Of a stretch of 52,864 nt of DNA, positions 47,562 through 52,864 are shown piece after piece; positions within the stretch are counted from its first letter, which is position 1; every line of letters starts with the position of its first letter. The position numbers and the translations under genes were made by a program. Source of the stretch: Acidobacteriaceae bacterium. GTDB lineage: Bacteria > Acidobacteriota > Terriglobia > Terriglobales > Acidobacteriaceae. The notes beneath the pieces were generated by a model that worked only from the letters and a program-made list of their open reading frames with translations, searched no databases and was not told the DNA's origin. The DNA lies in NCBI GenBank assembly GCA_036390355.1, contig DASWCA010000016.1, positions 1-52,864 of the forward strand. The letters are read 5' to 3'.

Positions 47562-49194
47562 AACTTTCGGTTTTGGTTACTTCGGCTTCAAGGGTGCCTT
47601 GCGCAAGGCGTGCGCGAACGGTCTGGCCGGGTCGTGTGTCGCTGGCGTTGCGCAGAAGAGTGCCGTCGGGGGCGTAGACGAGGGCATAGCCGCGATTGAG
47701 AACAGCGAGGGGCGAGAGTCCGTGCAAGCGCGCGGCGGCGTGGTCGAGGCGGGTGGTGCGGGTAGCAATGGTAGTGAAGGCGGTGCGGTCGAGCGATTGG
47801 TTCGCGTTGTCGAGACGGCGGCGGGCGAGCGCGAGGCGGGTGGTTGGGTTGTGGCGATCGAGCCGGACGGTGAGCGTGGCGATGCGTGTGGCGGAGATGC
47901 GCAGACGACGGTTGGCCGCGGACTCCAGACGGTAGCGGAGGTCGTCGAGACGCTGGCCGCGGCGGCCGATGAGAGTTTGCAACCGATTTTGCATTTGCGC
48001 GATGGAGAGTGTGCCGAAGCGCTGGCGGGCGAGGATGAGCTGGTAGCGAATTGCGCGGCGGATGCGGCCGTCCAGAGATTGCACGCGCTCCTCGATGCGG
48101 TGCTGCGCGGCGGTGATGAGTTCGGCGGCCGCAGAGGGAGTGGGGGCGCGGAGGTCGGCGACGAAGTCGGCGATAGTGAAGTCGGTTTCATGGCCAATTG
48201 CCGAGACGACCGGCAACTCGGATGCGGCGATGGTGCGGGCGAGGGTCTCGTCGTTGAATCCGGCGAGGTCTTCGAGGGAGCCGCCGCCGCGGGCGATGAG
48301 GATGACGTCCGCTTTATCCTTGTGCGCGTTGAACCAGCGGATGCCGGTGGCGACTGTGGTGCAGCATGCGGGGCCTTGAACCGCGGCCGGGTAGACGAGC
48401 AGGTTCAGGCGCGCGTGGCGACGGCGGATGACTTTGACGATGTCGTGGAGGACGGCTCCGCCGGTGGATGTGATGACGCCGACGCAGCGCGGGAATGCTG
48501 GGAGCGGGCGCTTGCGCGCGTTGTCGAAGAGGCCTTCGGCGAGCAGGCGGGCTTTGAGCTGTTCGAAGGCGAGTTGGAGTGCGCCGGCACCGCGCGGCTC
48601 GAGCGTCTCGGCGATAAGTTGGAGTTGGCCACGGGATTCGTAGACCGACACGCGACCGCGGGCCAGGACGGCGAGACCATCCTGCGGGTGGAAGCGGAGG
48701 AGTTGGGCCTGGCTGCGGAAGAGGACCACAGCGAGCTGGGCATCCCCATCCTTGAGTGTGAAGTAAATGTGACCGGAGGGCGCGGGGCGGCAATTGGAGA
48801 TTTCGCCCTCGACCCAGATGTCCTGGTACTCGCGCTCGACGCGCTGGCGGATGCCGGTGACGAGATCGCGGACGGTCCAGATGCGGCGCTCGGTGGGCGG
48901 CGGGGCCGTGGGCTTGAGGGCGAGGGCAGAGCGGGGCCGTGGTTTGGTGGGTGAGGAGGTGGCGTCGGGTAATGCGAGTGCTCGTGCGGATTTGCGCTGG
49001 CGTGAGCGTGGCGGGGCTGGGGTTTCGGTTGGGGAGGAAAAGAGCAGGCCCATCTGAGAATTAGGGGTGGCGGATTCGGCGGAGGAAGACTCGGCGGGAG
49101 GAGGCTCCGTTGGGGAAGTGGGTCGCGAGGGCCGGGATTTCAGCCAGAGGTTGGCGAGCGTCTGCGGACCGGATTTTTCGTTGCCGTCGGCCAT
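47560..49194 (-). CDS. xseA: Exodeoxyribonuclease VII large subunit with Pro/Ser-rich N-terminal extension
   Basis: IWVEGEISN, SGHIYFTLKD, ARGGGSLEDL, SAIGHETD and RAPTPSAAAE. Start 49194 chosen as the first ATG past the nadD stop. Confidence 0.93.
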   Translation of the reverse strand: MADGNEKSGPQTLANLWLKSRPSRPTSPTEPPPAESSSAESATPNSQMGLLFSSPTETPAPPRSRQRKSARALALPDATSSPTKPRPRSALALKPTAPPPTERRIWTVRDLVTGIRQRVEREYQDIWVEGEISNCRPAPSGHIYFTLKDGDAQLAVVLFRSQAQLLRFHPQDGLAVLARGRVSVYESRGQLQLIAETLEPRGAGALQLAFEQLKARLLAEGLFDNARKRPLPAFPRCVGVITSTGGAVLHDIVKVIRRRHARLNLLVYPAAVQGPACCTTVATGIRWFNAHKDKADVILIARGGGSLEDLAGFNDETLARTIAASELPVVSAIGHETDFTIADFVADLRAPTPSAAAELITAAQHRIEERVQSLDGRIRRAIRYQLILARQRFGTLSIAQMQNRLQTLIGRRGQRLDDLRYRLESAANRRLRISATRIATLTVRLDRHNPTTRLALARRRLDNANQSLDRTAFTTIATRTTRLDHAAARLHGLSPLAVLNRGYALVYAPDGTLLRNASDTRPGQTVRARLAQGTLEAEVTKTES

Positions 49195-49222
49195 ATCGGA
49201 TGAGTCTAGAGGATGTGTGCGG

Positions 49223-49870
49223 CTAAAGGTAGAGGTGGTGTACCTGGATGTAGGCAGCGACGGCGGGAGGGAGCAGGCCGGGGCAGGAGTCTCCGGCGCG
49301 GAGGCGGTGGCGGAGTTCGGTGGCGGAGACGTCCTCGTGGACGGTTGTGAGCAGGTGAACGCGGGCGCGCTGGGCGGGGGTGAGGGAGAACTCGGGGCGT
49401 GCGAGGAACTCAGGCGTGAGAGGAAAGTCGGGGCGGGAGACGACGATCCACTCGGCGAGAGCGAGGAGCTGCGCGGGAGAGCGCCAGTTGCGCAGGGTGA
49501 GGAAACTGTCGGCGCCGGTGAGGACGCAGAGGGTTGCGGCGGGGTATTCGCAGGCGAGGGCAGCGAGGGTGTCGACGGTGTAGTTTGGGGTGCCGTCTTG
49601 GCGGGGCGCGTCGAGGTTGGAGACAAGGAAGTTGCAGGTTGCGGGGCGCAGGTTACGAGTTGCCGGGTCAGTGAGGGCCAATGCTGTCATTGCCATGCGG
49701 TCGGCGAAGGAGGCGGTGGGGTCTTCGGATTTCAGGGGCTGGTTGCCGACTGGGGCGAAGAGGACGCGATCGAGGGAGAAAGCGTCGGCGGCTGCGGAGG
49801 CGACCGCGAGATGGCCGCGATGGATCGGGTCGAACGTGCCGCCGAAGAAGGCTACGCGCATTCTGACCAT
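49223..49870 (-). CDS. nadD: Nicotinate-nucleotide adenylyltransferase
   Basis: FGGTFDPIHRGH, YTVDTL, GADS and VSATELR. Confidence 0.95.
   Translation of the reverse strand: MVRMRVAFFGGTFDPIHRGHLAVASAAADAFSLDRVLFAPVGNQPLKSEDPTASFADRMAMTALALTDPATRNLRPATCNFLVSNLDAPRQDGTPNYTVDTLAALACEYPAATLCVLTGADSFLTLRNWRSPAQLLALAEWIVVSRPDFPLTPEFLARPEFSLTPAQRARVHLLTTVHEDVSATELRHRLRAGDSCPGLLPPAVAAYIQVHHLYL
49630..49664. repeat. 7-bp tandem repeat inside nadD (5 units)
   Basis: agttgca ggttgcg gggcgca ggttacg agttgcc, encoding ATRNLRPATCN. Confidence 0.65.
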
Positions 49871-49966
49871 GTTAGAGCAGATTGGGGGTGGGAGGAGTTG
49901 ATCGGAACTTTACCGCCCCTTCAGGGGAACGTTCTGAAAGGGGTTACGTCTGGAATTTCGAGTGGG

Positions 49967-50566
49967 TTAGCGCAGGCGGTAGACGATGCCGGTGCCGAGC
50001 GTGACCAGGTAGTTGCTCTGGTTTGCAGCCGTGCCAACCTTGTAGTCGCCGAGGAATCCGGCGGTCGCTTCCACGACGCGCCAGTCAAAATGCTTGTTCA
50101 GCCTGCGATCGACGCCGAGGCCGAACTGGTAGACGAAGTTGTTGGAGTAGTGGGTCGCGAACGGGATCCGGGTGTGGCCGATACCAAAGCCGCCCTGCAC
50201 GTAAGGGGTAGTCCCCATGAGCTGCTTCTTGGGAGCGACCCGCAGACTGAAGAGACCGTCCTGGCGATTGAGGCCGGATCCATACTCCCTGAGGCGGAGG
50301 GTCTCTCCGCGGGCGTCGATACCCACCGCAAAGGGTCCAGTCTTGAGCTTACCCAGGTAGGGAAGGCGGGTGATGTTGGCATAAATTCCATAGCCGGGTC
50401 CGTAGAGCCATGGCCGGTCCACGTTGCCGTGGATGCCAGGATTCGCATAGATGCCGTCCTGCGTGAACTGCTGGGCGTTAAAGGTGATATAGACACCCGA
50501 TTGAGCTTTGGCAGCGGCAGATACGAGCATGACAGACAGAGCAAGAGCTATGGATCGCAGTTTCAT
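49967..50566 (-). CDS. Small outer-membrane beta-barrel protein
   Basis: Signal peptide MKLRSIALAL, PYVQGGFG and DWRVVE, with an alternating C-terminal strand. Confidence 0.75.
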   Translation of the reverse strand: MKLRSIALALSVMLVSAAAKAQSGVYITFNAQQFTQDGIYANPGIHGNVDRPWLYGPGYGIYANITRLPYLGKLKTGPFAVGIDARGETLRLREYGSGLNRQDGLFSLRVAPKKQLMGTTPYVQGGFGIGHTRIPFATHYSNNFVYQFGLGVDRRLNKHFDWRVVEATAGFLGDYKVGTAANQSNYLVTLGTGIVYRLR

Positions 50567-50740
50567 CAATGTTCCTTTTGCGAGTAGTTTTGGCGCACCG
50601 ATGAGCATATAGAAGAGAAGGGGTAATGTCAGCAAATTTCTATAGCGGAAAGATTCCCCGAGTGGAAAAAAGGCCACGCAAACCACTCGAATTTGGCCTC
50701 CGAGAGGGCAAATTCAGCGGGATTTGGAGGGAATTTGCCG

Positions 50741-51325
50741 CTAGAACCGAAAGACGAGGCCAGAGCTGAAACTGATCAGTTTTGAAGAGGGAATTGCGAC
50801 GTTACCACCCGCTCCTACTGTGCCACTGCTGACCGTAGTCTGGGATCCGTAGCCGATTTCAAAGACGCGAAAGTCCACATGACGCGCCAGCGTGTAATCG
50901 ACGCCGCCGTAGACAGCGTAGGCAGCTTTGCCAACGTGAACGGTGCTTTGGGGGGCCTTGGAGGTGCCGTACCCGACTGACCCCTGGACATAGGGCTTGA
51001 TTGGACGGCTAAATGGGGTGCCGGAGACGCGGATGCCGATCAGGAAGTTCTTGAGCATGGCATTGTTGGCGTGCAGATCCGAGAAGCGCATGTCAAAGCC
51101 GGTGGCCAGCTTGCCGGAGTGGAAGAAGTCGTAGTAGCCGCCGAGGTCGTAGCCGTAGAAGACCTGCGAGGTGGATTTCTGGCCGAGGAAGGCAAAGGGG
51201 CCAGTGTCCGCGACCGAGTTGCTTACGCGGATGGCGATCGGATTTAGGTAGATGCCTGTCTGAGCATGAGCGGCGACGGTCGTCAGAGCTAGAACGACGA
51301 CAGTGGCAAGGTACCGAAGCTTCAT
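50741..51325 (-). CDS. Small outer-membrane beta-barrel protein (paralogue of the downstream gene)
   Basis: MKLRYLA signal peptide, PYVQGSVG, DFRVFE and terminal GLVFRF. Confidence 0.78.
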   Translation of the reverse strand: MKLRYLATVVVLALTTVAAHAQTGIYLNPIAIRVSNSVADTGPFAFLGQKSTSQVFYGYDLGGYYDFFHSGKLATGFDMRFSDLHANNAMLKNFLIGIRVSGTPFSRPIKPYVQGSVGYGTSKAPQSTVHVGKAAYAVYGGVDYTLARHVDFRVFEIGYGSQTTVSSGTVGAGGNVAIPSSKLISFSSGLVFRF

Positions 51326-51480
51326 GAATGATCCTCAAAAAATGTGACGCTGACGCCGCCCGCTAGAGCAGCGCAGCTACAAGTCTATAGAAAGATTTGT
51401 GTCCGGATGCAGGTGCTTGGCAGAATGCCGAATTTGGGTGTCCAGTTTGTGATCAAGGCAAGGACGTCTCCCCTGGAGAG

Positions 51481-52590
51481 TTACCGGGCGCGGCCGCGGG
51501 CTCGGGGGGCGGGCGGTGGATAGGCGGGCTTGGGTTTGACCGCGGCCGCGGGTTTCGCGCCTGCAAGGTCGATGGGAGCCGGCCGGTGCGCGGTGACAAG
51601 CTCTGCGATTGCGTATCGGAGGGGTTCGATGCCTTCGCCCGTCACTGCGGATATGGTGTAAAAGGGTAGCTTCCGGCGCTTCGCCATGGCTGCTAGCTTC
51701 TTGAGCTTGTCGGGATTGGCGACGTCGGCCTTGGCGGCGACAAGGATCGTGGGCTTGGCGGCGAGCGCCGGATCGAAGGACTTAAGTTCCGCAGTGATGA
51801 CCTTGAAATCCTCGACCGGGTCGGGGCGGTTCGATGAGTCGGAGACATCGACCAGGTGGACGATGACCGAGGTGCGCTCGATGTGCTTCAGGAACTGGAT
51901 GCCCAGGCCGTGGCCGAGGTGAGCGCCTTCGATCAGGCCGGGAAGGTCGGCCACGGTAAAGGAGAGTTCGTGGGGAAAATCGCCGACCTGGACGACGCCG
52001 AGATTGGGCTCGAGCGTGGTGAAGGCGTAGTTGGCGACTTTGGGTTTGGCGGCAGAGATGCGCGAGATCAGCGTAGATTTGCCGACGTTGGGATAGCCGA
52101 CCAACCCGGCATCCGCCAAGAGGCGCAGTTCGAGGCGGTAGGAGCGTTCCTCGCCGGCGCGGCCGAGTTCATGCTCGCGCGGCGCCTGGTGGGTGCTGGT
52201 GGCAAAGTGTTGATTTCCGCGTCCTCCGCGTCCTCCGCGGGCGATGACGATAGTGTCGCCGGGCTGGGTGAAGTCGTGCACAAGCTCACCGGTGGCGTCG
52301 TCGTAGAGCATGGTGCCGACGGGAACCTTGAGGGTGGTGTGCTCGCCGGCCTGGCCGGAGCAGTTGGAGCCCAGGCCGTGGCCTCCCCGTTCGGCCTTAT
52401 GCTCCGGATTGAAACGGAAGTGGACGAGGGTGTTGTGGGAAAGTGAGGACGACATGAGGATATCTCCACCGTGACCACCGTCCCCGCCGGACGGACCTCC
52501 CCGGGGAACGAACTTTTCGCGGCGAAAGGCCATACAGCCGTTGCCGCCATCTCCAGCCTTGACGCGAATTCTTGCTTCATCGATGAACAT
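51481..52590 (-). CDS. obgE: GTPase ObgE/CgtA
   Basis: [32 protein letters not shown] and DLPGLIEGA. Confidence 0.97.
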   Translation of the reverse strand: MFIDEARIRVKAGDGGNGCMAFRREKFVPRGGPSGGDGGHGGDILMSSSLSHNTLVHFRFNPEHKAERGGHGLGSNCSGQAGEHTTLKVPVGTMLYDDATGELVHDFTQPGDTIVIARGGRGGRGNQHFATSTHQAPREHELGRAGEERSYRLELRLLADAGLVGYPNVGKSTLISRISAAKPKVANYAFTTLEPNLGVVQVGDFPHELSFTVADLPGLIEGAHLGHGLGIQFLKHIERTSVIVHLVDVSDSSNRPDPVEDFKVITAELKSFDPALAAKPTILVAAKADVANPDKLKKLAAMAKRRKLPFYTISAVTGEGIEPLRYAIAELVTAHRPAPIDLAGAKPAAAVKPKPAYPPPAPRARGRAR

Positions 52591-52864
52591 TATTCTCTAT
52601 GCAGTGTAGCGGAAGCAGGGTAGGCTTTATTCCATACCTTGAATTTGCACGCGTGACGACAGGGACGCACCTGCGAGCGCGCAATTAATTGGCTGATCGG
52701 CCTTCGATCTTAACCGTCCTTTGATCCGGATATGTCAGGATCGGATCCAAAGCAGAAAAGCCGGCAGTAATAAAGAGTCTGATTCCGTATCAGGCGGGTT
52801 CGCAATTCGATCCGCACAGACAAAAGAACCGAGAGAAGTCGTTGAACTTTTAGGAGACCAAATG

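Noticed and set aside
47599-50587. Plus-strand ORFs of 451 and 506 aa
   Set aside because: Antisense shadows of xseA, nadD and the barrel gene.
52591-52864. ncRNA or tRNA upstream of obgE
   Set aside because: No cloverleaf or recognisable family. Only an AGGAG plus ATG at 52862, suggesting a divergent gene starting at the window edge.

Overview
GC-rich window whose gene content (many TonB-dependent receptors with a carboxypeptidase-regulatory-like N-domain, secreted peptidases, obgE-nadD-xseA-glmM block) suggests an Acidobacteriota chromosome; this taxonomy is inferred. Three zones. (1) 1-13.6 kb: a co-oriented cluster of secreted peptidases (two M1, M28, M14) around a TonB-dependent receptor. 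It is interrupted at 1.5-3.5 kb by debris: a broken integrase/IS91-like transposase pair, the C-terminus of a glutaryl-7-ACA-acylase-like gene, and an IS1016-like end. (2) About 14.0-30.7 kb: a decayed integrative conjugative element next to tRNA-Phe(GAA), with integrase, excisionase, MoxR ATPase, VirB1, truncated VirB9 and a VirB2 fragment. Left of these lie an AbiEi/AbiEii type IV TA pair, a tandem-duplicated HTH protein, and a four-gene ECF sigma / Zn-finger anti-sigma / TonB receptor / S9 (lasso-isopeptidase-like) cassette flanked by an imperfect 18-bp direct repeat. That cassette is the best candidate for an undescribed system. (3) 31-52.9 kb: mostly core and catabolic genes (adenosine deaminase, M61, GH28, PL22, yggS/yggU, nnr, tsaE, glmM, xseA, nadD, obgE), with a higB-higA-higA insert beside an AT-rich recombinase-site-like array and 7-bp tandem repeats that also sit inside glmM and nadD. 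No CRISPR array or rRNA was seen. All family calls come from motif recognition by eye; no searches were run.
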